NCBI GenBank assembly: GCA_964016885.1
Contig: OZ024747.1
Span: forward strand, 78,368,001-78,432,000
Reading direction: 5' to 3'
DNA length: 64,000 nucleotides
DNA from: Eledone cirrhosa
Taxonomy: Eukaryota
Below, piece by piece: positions 1 to 13,400 of this stretch; within the stretch, counting starts at the first letter, position 1; each line of letters begins with the position of its first letter. The position numbers and the translations under genes are program-made. Below the pieces are notes generated by a model. That model was not told the DNA's origin. It saw nothing but the letters and a program-made list of their open reading frames with translations, and did no database searches.

Positions 1-94
1 ATGAAGGTCTTCGAACTGGAGAACCAATGTCTTGTCTGTGTAAATATCTATAGTATTTTTTATGATTCTTCCTTTTCCATTTTATCGGCTAGAG

Positions 95-410
95 CAGGGG
101 CATGCAACAGGCAGCCCGCGGGCCACAATCCGCCCCGCCACACCAGTCAGAGTGGCCCATGATGACCGTTTTTAATTTTTACCTTGTAGGATTATTTAGA
201 ATTTATTTCGTAATCATAATACAATTTTCTGTTGACCTATACTAAAGGGATTCACTGATAAGGTTATCTGTGTTATAATTTCCCAGTTCCATGTTATGGA
301 AAGAAGTTGTGGTGAATTCTTGGAATAGTGCTTAATAAATATTAAGGGCCCTAATAGTTGTTCCAATATTCAAAAGTGGCCCCGCCAATGGAATATGTTG
401 CACATCCCTG
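95..410. mobile_element. hAT (Charlie-like) non-autonomous MITE
   Basis: TIRs CAGGGGCATGCAAC ... GTTGCACATCCCTG; subterminal GCCCGCGGGCC; degenerate 8-bp TSD ggctagag/ggggagag (6/8). Confidence 0.7.
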
Positions 411-670
411 GGGGAGAGTTAACCTTCTAAATTACGTTCATTCTCTCAATGATATAGTGACCTGTGTTGGAATCTTCAAAACACCAACAAAACAATATTT
501 CTTGACCTCAACCAAGACTGACACAAATGAAAGATTGTTGTAGTTCTTGTTGGTGTTGAGTTATTTCTATTGTCATTTACTAGTTTAAATGGTGATGTAA
601 CTACTGCAGTCATATCTATTTCTTGCATTCAGTCAGTCAGTCTTTCTTTCTATTGCTTTCTCTCTTGTAC

Positions 671-791
<121 letters not shown>

Positions 792-1082
792 CATGAGACA
801 TCAACAATGAGACGTCACCTGAACTCATTTAATGCTTCAATGAAGACGAGATTAAACAAACATTAAATAATTTTCAGGAAGATAAGATTAAATAACAAGC
901 AGGGTAGTTGGGTGTGGAAGTATAATATTTAGATAACAGTTGCTCTCTCGAACACACAGACTGTCACTCACATACCTAAATATACAGAACTGCGTTGAGT
1001 CGACCGGGTAGCCTATATGCGGTTGTTTAACCCACAAGAAATAGCAGCAAAATTTCTCTCAAATTACACCTTACTGTCTTAA

Positions 1083-1952
1083 CTCTTTAGCATTTAAACC
1101 GGCCATATCCGGTCATAATTCTCTCACATCTTTCTCTTCAAACCAGCTGTAACCGGCTGCTCATACTGATGTTAAGGTATTGTTCTCAAAATAAATAATA
1201 CCAAAATCGCATAGATTCAATATTATGTGTGATGATTATGTGAAGTAAAGCCTTTACCATGAAAATATAATAGTATATATAGAGTAATGTAAATGTTATG
1301 TGAGATAATTATGTGAGGTAAAGCCTTTACTGTGAAAATACAATAGTATATATAGAGTAATGTAAATGTTATGTGAGATTTTATGTGAAGTAAAGCCTTT
1401 ACCATGAAAATATAATAGTATATATAGAGTAATGTAAATGCTATGTGAGATATTATGTGAGGTAAAGCCTTTGCCATGAAAATATAATAGTATATATAGA
1501 GTAATGTAAATGCTATGTGAGATATTATGTGAGGTAAAGCCTTTGCCATGAAAATATAATAGTATGTATAGAGTAATGTAAATGTTATGTGAGATTTTAT
1601 GTGAAGTAAGGCCTTTACCATAAAAATATAATAGTATGTATAGAGTAATGTAAATGCTGTGAGAGATATTATGTGAGGTAAAGCCTTTGCCATGAAAATA
1701 TAATAGTATATATAGAGTAATGTAAATGTTATGTGAGATTTTATGTGAAGTAAAGCCTTTACCATAAAAATATAATAGTATGTATAGAGTAATGTAAATG
1801 CTATGTGAGATATTATGTGAGGTAAAGCCTTTGCCATGAAAATATAATAGTATATATAGAGTAATGTAAATGTTATGTGAGATATTATGTGAGGTAAAGC
1901 CTTTACCATGAAAATATAATAGTATATACAGAATAATGTAAATGCTAATGGG
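1083..1952. mobile_element. piggyBac-like MITE with an internal ~90-bp tandem expansion
   Basis: TTAA at 1079-1082 and 1953-1956; TIRs CTCTTTAGCATTTA / TAAATGCTAATGGG; about 8 copies of a ~90-bp unit at ~1222-1945. Confidence 0.7.
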
Positions 1953-2849
1953 TTAACAAAAGAATGGACATACTTAGTAATATTGTTAAAAGTCATGACT
2001 CACTTTAATCATAGGTCTCCTCGATCAGGGACGATTTCGGGCTAAACAACATCATAATTGCGTTAACACACAGATGCACGAAATCCTACATACATATTCT
2101 TCTAATAAAGATTTGTAAATGTCTGTTTGTCTGTCTGTCTATGCCAGTGTAAAGACTAAAAGTTACCGTTTCAATTTACCGACCGGTAATCTGAAATCGA
2201 TTTCATATTATTAAACTTGAATTTAGATTCACATTATCTCATCACTAATTTAGCTAAAATGATAAATACTTATGTTTACATCTTTTAATCTTACAAATGG
2301 GGTGAACATTCTGACAGCAATCGTGAGCCAAAATAAACTCTCGAGCATCCTATAACTCCATAATATAGTGGATATAATGGCAGTTTAATGATAATTGTTG
2401 TCAGTTATTATAAGTTGTTGTTCTTGTTGTTACTACAAGAAGCAGAGAGTAGACGGGGGTGTTACCCTCTAATGTGTGTCATGAAAAATGGATGAGAGAA
2501 GTTAGATTAACAAGACTGAATGGGCCAACTCTGATTATGAAATGAACTGATGTGTTTGTTAGGAGAGTTAATACCAATAAGCAAAGGCAACAGAGAAAAA
2601 TCATTATATATAAGGAAATATTAATGGTATAAATTATGATAATGATAATTAATGGTATAAATTGTGATAATGATAATGGTATAAATTATGATAATAATTT
2701 ATAGGGACGCTGTAGTGACATACAACGTATCTTGGGCATTTAAACCTGACGGAACCTGTCCTCTTCCCGGACTGAATACAACCGATTTCTTCCAGAAAAA
2801 GAAAGAGAAGGAGAAGAAAAGAGAAGAAACGAGAAATAAATAGGGAAGA

Positions 2850-3008
2850 AGAGTCAACCCCAATACTGGACAAGTATGATTTTTATCGAGCTTAAAGGCA
2901 AAGTTAAAATTTATATTGGCGGGATTTGAACTCAGAGCACAGAGAACCAGAACGAATACAGCAAAGCATTCTATCCGACATTCTAACGACTCAGCCAATT
3001 CACTGCCT
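2850..3008 (-). mobile_element. diverged tRNA-derived SINE (Nin/Deu-domain-like family)
   Basis: reverse complement of B-box-like GAGTTCAAATCCCGCC and TTTGCCTTT...CGATAAAA core. Confidence 0.65.
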
Positions 3009-3764
3009 CTATTTTAGTTTAAGATACTCCACATTCCCATACATCTATAACAGAATACTAGTGTGTATGAATGTAACAAGGAGACAATTGGTTTGTGTGT
3101 ATAATATTTAATAAACAATTTGTGGATATATAGAACAGTATAGTTGACATGTCAATGAATAGATGAGAGAATGAAATAAAGTTATTAGTTACCGCTTGGT
3201 TGCCAGGTGAACGCGCCTGAGCGAAGACTCCTGACGAAGGCCAGGAGCCGAAAAGGCGAATGAGAGAGAGAGAACTTAAAGTTGTTAGTTTTATAGGGTT
3301 CTGACCGGAAGTTACAGAAAGGGTTCTACTTCCTGTCTAGAGAGCGTTAATCTATTGGGGATGTGAGTGTCACAACAAGGGAGGCAACTCCTGCTACACA
3401 TCTAAGCTTTGCAATGTCCATGAAGAAATCCTCTAGAGCAAACGTTGAAGAGTAGCTAGACAGTGGCTGGAAAAACCCAATGATTCAAGGTAGAAAAACT
3501 AAACTAAAGTTTATTTATCATGAATGCAGTCTTTCTAGGTTTTGCCACAGGAAATAGTTTTGTTAAACCATCTGAGGTACAAAGAAATCAAATGTTTCAA
3601 ATAATATATATACTCAGTATTATCAAGATCCTTTTCTAAACAGCGGCTACTAACCCAGTCTTCACTTTCGCGAACAATGCCGGGTATCTTGCTAATACAT
3701 ACACACACACGTGCATGCATGCATACATACATACATACATATATACATACACACATACATACAT

Positions 3765-4295
3765 GATGGCTGCCCCCTCGTTATCGAGTATGGCCATTAC
3801 ATGATATACCATTATTAATAATTAATTCTATCGTCCAATGCCTGTGCATGAAGAAATTCTTTAAAGTGAGGAAAGACTGTGCACTGAGCCAATCCCACTC
3901 TCCTAGCGACAGTAGCTATAACCCGAAAAGAAGAAAAGATCAACATCATCGGTAACTACTGAGCCGCAGGTTTTATATCGGAGTTATCCCAGTTTCCTGA
4001 GTTGCCTTCTCCTAGAAGAATGCCCTGACAAAGGCTAGGGGTCCTTCACTCCCAGTGGTTTTACCGCGCGGTACATGTGTATATACATATTTACACACTT
4101 TCGGATGGCCGTTGACTCTTATGAGTTCTTCCGCCCTTTGTCAGGTTTTGTTTTTTGTCCTGCAGGGTGTCCAAAATCACCCTCCTCACCAAGTAAACTT
4201 GGTGGGGTTGCCGGTTTAGTCGCCGGCGACCCGACCATGCGACAGGTTGTATTGGGTTACATGTTACCAGTAACACTCAAGATGACCCGGCATAA
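3765..4295 (-). mobile_element. dispersed SINE-like retroelement with RTE-like 3' end and (ATGT)n tail
   Basis: near-identical copies at 42773-43135 (+) and 30395-30566 (+); all end GGCCATACTCGATAACGAGGGGGCAGCCATC followed by (ATGT)n. Confidence 0.7.
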
Positions 4296-4904
4296 CATAC
4301 ATACATACATAGATACATACATACATAGATACATATATACATACGTACATGCATACACATAGATGCATATATACGTACATACATGCACGCATGCATACAT
4401 ACATATGTACGCACATACAAACATCATACATATACACACATACATACATACATACGTACATACATTCATACATACATACATTCATACGTGCATACGTACA
4501 TACCTACATACACACATACATACATACATACTCAATTGCCCAAACTAAGACAGATATAGAGACAACGCCCGTACACAGCAACACACAAACTACGTATGTC
4601 TGAAGTGTAATAAATTCACCTGCACAAAGATAAATACTACGAGACAGAGGCAGAATACCACTGCGCATGCGTATGTCAGTCATTCAATAAAACCTAAAGT
4701 AGCTTGATTCAATAGTAAATACTATCATGTCCAGACATGTCAGCTTTAAAGAGCTATCAAAACTTTATGTTGTTCATTGAAGAGAGAGAGAGGGGGGGGG
4801 AGATAGAGAGATAGAGAGAGGGAGAGAGATAGAGAGAGAGAGAAGGTAGGTGAGAGATAGATAGTGAGATAGTGTTTTATGTGTTATATATATATATAAA
4901 TATG

Positions 4905-5048
<144 letters not shown>

Positions 5049-5207
5049 TATATATACACATATACACATACATATGCACACACACATATATACATGCGTG
5101 TGAATAAAGCCAGCAGAATATCATTATAAGTCATAGTTGTGGTTTTGGCTGTGTTATCACGCTAGCCGTGGTCAGAACTTAAATACAACGATTTCTTTAT
5201 ATCACCA

Positions 5208-6145
5208 ACTAGCAGTAAAGCCCGGCGTTGCTCAGGGTCGCTCAGTAGCTGTGTTAAAGTTACAATGTTAAGTTTCTTTCTTGGCTTAAAAACTGTAGTG
5301 TCTACTGTGCAGACTTGCATGTGGTGTTTTTGATTAATATTCCCTCAACCAACAATATGCCTTATGAAGTTAAGAAAACATAACGATAACCCGAATGTTA
5401 TAAACAAAAGAGGATGCTGGGGATAAAAACTGCACTGGTTATTTATTAACAAAGATCGAAAATGTAAACACTGCAACGCAGAGAAAAACATTAGCGTAAC
5501 CAAATTATCAGTTATGTCTGTCTGCACGCCTATATCACCTCTCTGCACGACTGTCTGTCTGCACGCCTATATCACCTCTCTGCACGACTGTCTGTCTGCA
5601 CGCCTATATCACCTCTCTGCACGACTGTCTGTCTGCACGCGTATATCACCTCTCTGCACGACTGTCTGTCTGCACGACTGTCTGTCTGCACGACTGTCTG
5701 TCTGCGCGCCTAACGACGAAATATTTGCTTGTTTTACGTAGTCTTTAAATAGACTTGTTTTCAAGTAAAAATATTGTTTTAAAATGCTTTTAAATGGAAA
5801 TGAAGCAAAACGAAAGCTTAGTGTTCGAACTGATGAATTTTGCAGGTCAATATTTTGCTATGTCATTTTAAACGCTGAGAAAGCCAGCGTAATTTTTTAC
5901 GTAAGACGCTCAATGTAAACAGAACAAAGGGAAATAACTGATAACTTACGCTCAAAAATCGATACATTATATTCGATTTCGTCACATAGGGTGGGTCAAT
6001 TTGAAATTTTTTTTTTCCTATGTCTTCGTTAGGGCTCAATGTACAAGTATAGCAATTTCGGTGCAATTCCGTGAGAGATTCTAAGAGGAGATGTGTGCCA
6101 AAAATCGATAGACAGACAGACAACCACAGTTTTATATATATAGAT
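5208..6145 (+). mobile_element. Helentron/DINE-1-like non-autonomous element with internal minisatellite
   Basis: starts ACTAGCAGTAAAGCCCGGCGTTGCTC; ends GACAGACAGACA...TTTTATATATATAGAT; internal 37-bp tandem repeat. Confidence 0.55.
5515..5708. repeat. 37-bp minisatellite (~4 copies) decaying into 16-bp sub-units
   Basis: unit TGTCTGTCTGCACGCCTATATCACCTCTCTGCACGAC. Confidence 0.9.
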
Positions 6146-8058
6146 AAGTGTCACGAATTACACACCTTCCTCTGTCAGGTCATACATCGTTGTTGAATCG
6201 ATCCACCTCCGTCGGTTTCGACGATGAGTGTTCCAGCTGTTCGATTAACAGAACAACTGACTCATGAAATGGCATCTTGAACATGTACTGTAACTGTCTT
6301 TACTATAGCTTCGGATCGACCCAAACATTATGAGTGAAATTGGATAGACAGAGACTGTGTGGAAGCCCAGATGGATTGTACCAGTAATTCTAATTCCCAG
6401 TCTTGTCATATATTGTCAAGCTGATTCCACTTAGGAATTACGTTAAGGATGCTCAATTATTTACATTTTAATTTATGAGCTGAACGTTCATTTGATCGAA
6501 TGACTGGATGCTCATCGTCGTAACCGACGGTAGATCCACCATCACTATTAGTTCTAAAAAGCTGCAAAATGAAAATAAAATAAAAAGCAGGCTTGTGTGT
6601 TTTGAAGGAGGAGGAATGGTGAGTTGGTTCGTTTGATGTTTCGGGTTGGAACTTTCTTCGAATACGAAACACTGCTGTTGCTGATCTGTTTAGTATTTGT
6701 TAGTATTTGTTAACCACCTTTCATTTCTTCAATGACAAAAACCTTAACTTTACAGGCTTAAATTTTATCCTTTCTCATGTCATCAGCTTCTCAAGAGCTT
6801 CTAGAATCCGCTTACTCTTTGAGACCGGTGAAGATATGATGGTCATATCGGGAGCTGAAGTACATGTAACTTTGATAGAAGACGTCTAAACCCCAGTTAG
6901 ATCGACTTGGCCCCCATATTCATGGCAAGGAGCAAAATAATAAAGGATATGACACAACCTGTTATTATTCCGTTCCCAAGCCAGTGCCAGCCTGAAATTA
7001 TTGACCCAAAAGTGACTCTCAAATTATAAATCGTTATAGTTAAACGGATAAGTGTTACAAGAAAGTAAAATATATTGTCTTGTTACAGTCACAGTTAGTA
7101 AGCTGAAACAAATACAAGAAGAAACAAGAGTAAAAATATATCGCAAAACATGAGTCAGGTTTCTTTCTTATATTATTTTTAAAAGAAAATAAAACCAAAA
7201 TAGAAACAATTTAATGGTGCTACTAAATGTTTTGGTTTCATTTATTTTGTCATCTTATTTAACTTCTTGCTTCATGGTTCCATGATTCTCAGAGAACATT
7301 CAGTCATGCTCTGAAAGAACTGTATTAAAAAAACGAGTAACTATTACAATCACTATACATCTCTTAACCTAAGGCGTGAATCAGAATCACCAGTGACCAC
7401 AAGTGTTCCAGTTGTTCGATGAACGGAACAGCCTATTAGGGAGATTAACATGCAAGTGGCTGAGTAGTCCGTCTATCCAATTTCACTTACAAGGCTTAAG
7501 TTGTCCCGAGGCTATGGTAAATGACACTTGCCCGAGAAGCCATGTAGTGGGATCGAACCCGGAAACTTATATGATTGCAGAACCATTGAACAAGATGCGT
7601 CTTCACATAAAACTCACCACCACATTCACCAAAAGAACCACCATCACGATTTTAATGACCACCACAACTACACTACGCAACAACCACCAAGACCTAACGA
7701 GAGAACCTATACGTGGTCGCTCGATCTACTAGAAACAGCAGCCAACCCTCCCTTAAATCACACCCTACTGTCTTATAAATTATATAAGGCACATTGGATA
7801 ATGTATTCTTACATTGTAACATCTTTACTCATAGATCTGCTCTATTCTTGTTACATGGGACTACATGACAATAAAATAACGAGAGCGCAAAAGCCAATGG
7901 CGTAAGAAGCCTTTATGTGGTCCTTCAAGCTGCTAGAAATAGAAGTCAAAGTTAAATTTCCTTAAATCATAATTTACCACCATCCTCCTAGATCAGGGGG
8001 CGGGAAACCTTTCCAATCTGAAAAACCAACAAAAATACTTACAAGAAAATATTTGTTT

Positions 8059-8267
8059 CCCTTTAGCATTTAAACCAGCCATATCCTGCCAGAATTCTCC
8101 CAAACTCTTTCTGTTCAAACCGGCCATAACTGGCCACTCATACTGATGTTAAGGTATTGGTCTCAAAATAAATAATATCAAACTAATAAATTCGATATTA
8201 TATGAGATATTATGTAAGATAAAGCCTTTACTGTAAAAATACAATAGTATAAATGGAGTAATGTAAA
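8059..8267. mobile_element. second, unexpanded and truncated copy of the piggyBac-like MITE at 1083
   Basis: CCCTTTAGCATTTAAACC start; colinear with 1083-1295; single 90-bp unit. Confidence 0.75.
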
Positions 8268-8479
8268 TTTTTCTTACTCAATGAATTTTTTGGCTTTGAA
8301 TCATATGTGAAATGACTTCAATGCCTGGGTTATAAGTGATGGATTATATTTTAAAACAAGAGAGTAGTATTAATAAAGTAAGATATATTCAGGGTAGTAC
8401 AATAGGACGGGATGGTCACGAATAAAGAGTCTTCATTATATGTTGGTCTCCTTGATCAAATATGTTCTGGAGATAAAAC

Positions 8480-9000
8480 AAGAACACCAACAACAACGAC
8501 ACCAACAACGACAAGAACAACAACAAAGACAATAACAACAATAACAACAAGAACAGCTACAACAACAACAACAACGACAACAAGAACAGCTACAACAACA
8601 ACAATAATGACAACAAAGAGAACAACAATGGCAATAAAAACAGCTACAACAACTATAACAACAACAACAACAACAACAGCAACAACAATAACAACAACAA
8701 TGACAACAACAACAACAACTGCAGTGACGCTACATATAAGCAATATGAACGCCTTCATCCCTTCCCCCCAAAACCACCAGCACCAGCACCAGCAGCAGCA
8801 CCACCACCACCACCACCACTATACCACCATCACCACCGCCACCACTACCACTATACCACCATCATCACCACCACAACTAAACCCACCCCCACGTCCACCC
8901 CCACGTCCACCACCACCACCACCACCACCACCACGCCCCAGCACCACCAATACCCCCACCCCTACCACTACCCCCACCCCTACCACTACCCCACCAGCAC
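8480..9000. repeat. degenerate (ACA)n and (CCA)n trinucleotide tracts
   Basis: direct reading; source of the Thr/His/Pro-rich pseudo-ORF. Confidence 0.9.
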
Positions 9001-9127
9001 CTCTATAATCACGACTCTATTGTTAGACAAGAACTATCAAGTAGTTGCCTAGAGTATCATTATTACAACAGGTCCAGACCCGTTAGAAACATTTCTTGGC
9101 CTACATTCTACAGTATACCCCCAAGTC

Positions 9128-9655
9128 ACATACACACACACATAAATACATCTACAGTATTATGTACATACACACACACATAAATACATCTACAGTATTA
9201 TGTACATACACACACACATAAATACATCTACAGTATTATGTACATACACACACACATAAATACATCTACAGTATTATGTACATACACACACACATAAATA
9301 CATCTACAGTATTATGTACATACACACACACATAAATACATCTACAGTATTATGTACATACACACACACACATAAATACATCTACAGTATTATGTACATA
9401 CACACACACACATAAATACATCTACAGTATTATGTACATACACACACACATAAATACATCTACAGTATTATGTACATACACACACACACATAAATACATC
9501 TACAGTATTATGTACATACACACACACACATAAATACATCTACAGTATTATGTACATACACACACACATAAATAAATACATCTACAGTATTATGTACATA
9601 CACACACACACACACACATAAATATATACATGTACAGTATTATGTAAATACTCAT
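9128..9655. repeat. 38-40-bp minisatellite (~13-14 copies)
   Basis: unit (CA)nTAAATACATCTACAGTATTATGTACATA with variable CA number. Confidence 0.95.
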
Positions 9656-9721
9656 ACATAAATAATTGTTTCTACTTTAGGCACAAGGCCAGCAATTACC
9701 AGTGCATTACTGGTACGAATT

Positions 9722-9866
9722 GTGGTAAGGAACCAGATGGACCATAACGCACCAAAGTACTCAATACTTAGGGTAGTAGAGTGGGTAATAGGAACAAGTA
9801 AGACACCGACGGCAGAGCTCAAGCCGTTTCAAAACGGCTTGAGCTCTGCCGTCGGGGTCTTACTAG

Positions 9867-9869
<3 letters not shown>
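9722..9869 (-). mobile_element. short fold-back insert (38-bp arms + ~70-nt tail), probable Penelope-type remnant
   Basis: 9792-9829 and 9832-9869 are inverted with 2 mismatches; (AT)n flank; same family as 59669-59826. Confidence 0.65.
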
Positions 9870-9932
<63 letters not shown>

Positions 9933-10000
9933 AATGTAAGATCCCCACCGCGGCGCCAAGCAGTTTCGGCTAGTATAAATATATATATATATATATATAA

Positions 10001-10192
10001 AATTGTTTCTACTTTTGGCACAAGCCCAGCAAATTACTCCAGTACATTACTGGTACTTTATTTTATCTACCCCCGTAAGGATGAAAAGCAAAGCTAACTT
10101 CGGCGGGATTTGAACTCAGAACGTAAAGGGCCATAACTCTATGCTGCAAAGCATAGTGTCTGACGCTCTACCAATACTGCCAATCCACCGCC
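10001..10192 (-). mobile_element. tRNA-derived SINE (Nin/Deu-domain-like)
   Basis: A-box-like GGATTGGCAGTATTGG, B-box-like GAGTTCAAATCC, core TTTGC.TTTCATCCTTACGGGG, 3' end AAAGTAGAAACAATT; many copies in window. Confidence 0.85.
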
Positions 10193-10481
10193 ATATATAT
10201 ATATAATTGTTTCTTCTTTTGGCACAAGGCCAGCAATTACCCAGTGCATTACTGGTACTTTATTTTATCGGTAATGCACTGGGTAATTGCTGGCCTTGTG
10301 CCTAAAGTAGAAACAATTATATATATATGGCCGAGGTTAACTTTGCCTTTCATCCTTACCCATATATATATAATGAACAATGAAACATACAAGACATATA
10401 GCAATGCTGGAATCTCCATGTTTAACTCTACATCCGTGTACTTTTAATTTTCATTAACTTTCTTACTAGCAGAACGCCGAG

Positions 10482-13400
10482 GGTCCTATCTTATATGTTC
10501 TCTGGTCCATGGACCCTATCCTATATATTCTCTGGTCCATGGACCCTATCTTATATGTTCTCTGGTCCATGGACCCTATCTTATATATTCTCTGGTCCAT
10601 GGACCCTATCTTATATGTTCTCTGGTCCATGGACCCTATCTTATATATTCTCTGGTCCATGGACCCTATCCTATATATTCTCTGGTCCATGGACCCTATC
10701 CTATATATTCTCTGGTCCATGGACCCTATCCTATATATTCTCTGGTCCATCGACCCTATCCCATATATTCTCTGGTCCATGGACCCTATCTTATATATTC
10801 TCTGGTCCATGGACCCTATCCCATATATTCTCTGGTCCATGGACCCTATCTTATATGTTCTCTGGTCCATCGACCCTATCCCATATATTCTCTGGTCCAT
10901 CGACCCTATCCCATATATTCTCTGGTCCATGGACCCTATCTTATATATTCTCTGGTCCATGGACCCTATCCCATATATTCTCTGGTCCATGGACCCTATC
11001 TTATATATTCTCTGGTCCATGGACCCTATCCCATATATTCTCTGGTCCATGGACCCTATCTTATATATTCTCTGGTCCATGGACCCTATCCCATATATTC
11101 TCTGGTCCATGGACCCTATCTTATATATTCTCTGGTCCATGGACCCTATCCCATATATTCTCTGGTCCATGGACCCTATCCCATATATTCTCTGGTCCAT
11201 GGACCCTATCTTATATATTCTCTGGTCCATCGACCCTATCCCATATATTCTCTGGTCCATGGACCCTATCTTATATATTCTCTGGTCCATGGACCCTATC
11301 CCATATATTCTCTGGTCCATGGACCCTATCCCATATATTCTCTGGTCCATCGACCCTATCCCATATATTCTCTGGTCCATGGACCCTATCCCATATATTC
11401 TCTGGTCCATGGACCCTATCCCATATATTCTCTGGTCCATCGACCCTATCCCATATATTCTCTGGTCCATGGACCCTATCCCATATATTCTCTGGTCCAT
11501 GGACCCTATCCCATATATTCTCTGGTCCATCGACCCTATCCCATATATTCTCTGGTCCATGGACCCTATCCCATATATTCTCTGGTCCATGGACCCTATC
11601 TTATATATTCTCTGGTCCATCGACCCTATCCCATATATTCTCTGGTCCATGGACCCTATCTTATATATTCTCTGGTCCATGGACCCTATCTTATATATTC
11701 TCTGGTCCATCGACCCTATCCCATATATTCTCTGGTCCATGGACCCTATCCCATATATTCTCTGGTCCATCGACCCTATCCCATATATTCTCTGGTCCAT
11801 GGACCCTATCCCATATATTCTCAGGTCCATGGACCCTATCCCATATATTCTCTGGTCCATGGACCCTATCCCATATATTCTCTGGTCCATGGACCCTATC
11901 CCATATATTCTCTGGTCCATGGACCCTATCTTATATATTCTCTGGTCCATCGACCCTATCCCATATATTCTCTGGTCCATGGACCCTATCTTATATATTC
12001 TCTGGTCCATGGACCCTATCCCATATATTCTCTGGTCCATGGACCCTATCCCATATATTCTCTGGTCCATGGACCCTATCCCATATATTCTCTGGTCCAT
12101 GGACCCTATCTTATATATTCTCTGGTCCATCGACCCTATCCCATATATTCTCTGGTCCATGGACCCTATCTTATATATTCTCTGGTCCATGGACCCTATC
12201 CCATATATTCTCTGGTCCATGGACCCTATCCCATATATTCTCTGGTCCATGGACCCTATCTTATATATTCTCTGGTCCATCGACCCTATCCCATATATTC
12301 TCTGGTCCATGGACCCTATCTTATATATTCTCTGGTCCATCGACCCTATCCCATATATTCTCTGGTCCATGGACCCTATCCCATATATTCTCTGGTCCAT
12401 GGACCCTATCTTATATATTCTCTGGTCCATCGACCCTATCCCATATATTCTCTGGTCCATGGACCCTATCTTATATATTCTCTGGTCCATGGACCCTATC
12501 CCATATATTCTCTGGTCCATGGACCCTATCCCATATATTCTCTGGTCCATGGACCCTATCCCATATATTCTCTGGTCCATGGACCCTATCTTATATATTC
12601 TCTGGTCCATCGACCCTATCCCATATATTCTCTGGTCCATGGACCCTATCTTATATATTCTCTGGTCCATGGACCCTATCCCATATATTCTCTGGTCCAT
12701 GGACCCTATCCCATATATTCTCTGGTCCATGGACCCTATCCCATATATTCTCTGGTCCATCGACCCTATCCCATATATTCTCTGGTCCATCGACCCTATC
12801 CCATATATTCTCTGGTCCATGGACCCTATCTTATATATTCTCTGGTCCATCGACCCTATCCCATATATTCTCTGGTCCATGGACCCTATCCCATATATTC
12901 TCTGGTCCATCGACCCTATCCCATATATTCTCTGGTCCATGGACCCTATCCCATATATTCTCTGGTCCATGGACCCTATCCCATATATTCTCTGGTCCAT
13001 GGACCCTATCCCATATATTCTCTGGTCCATGGACCCTATCCCATATATTCTCTGGTCCATGGACCCTATCCTATATATTCTCTGGTCCATGGACCCTATC
13101 TTATATGTTCTCTGGTCCATCGACCCTATCCCATATATTCTCTGGTCCATGGACCCTATCCCATATATTCTCTGGTCCATGGACCCTATCTTATATATTC
13201 TCTGGTCCATGGACCCTATCCCATATATTCTCTGGTCCATGGACCCTATCCCATATATTCTCTGGTCCATGGACCCTATCCCATATATTCTCTGGTCCAT
13301 CGACCCTATCCCATATATTCTCTGGTCCATGGACCCTATCCCATATATTCTCTGGTCCATGGACCCTATCCCATATATTCTCTGGTCCATGGACCCTATC

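Noticed and set aside
1223-1996. 257-aa hydrophobic repeat protein
   Set aside because: Translation of the 90-bp tandem repeat inside a MITE.
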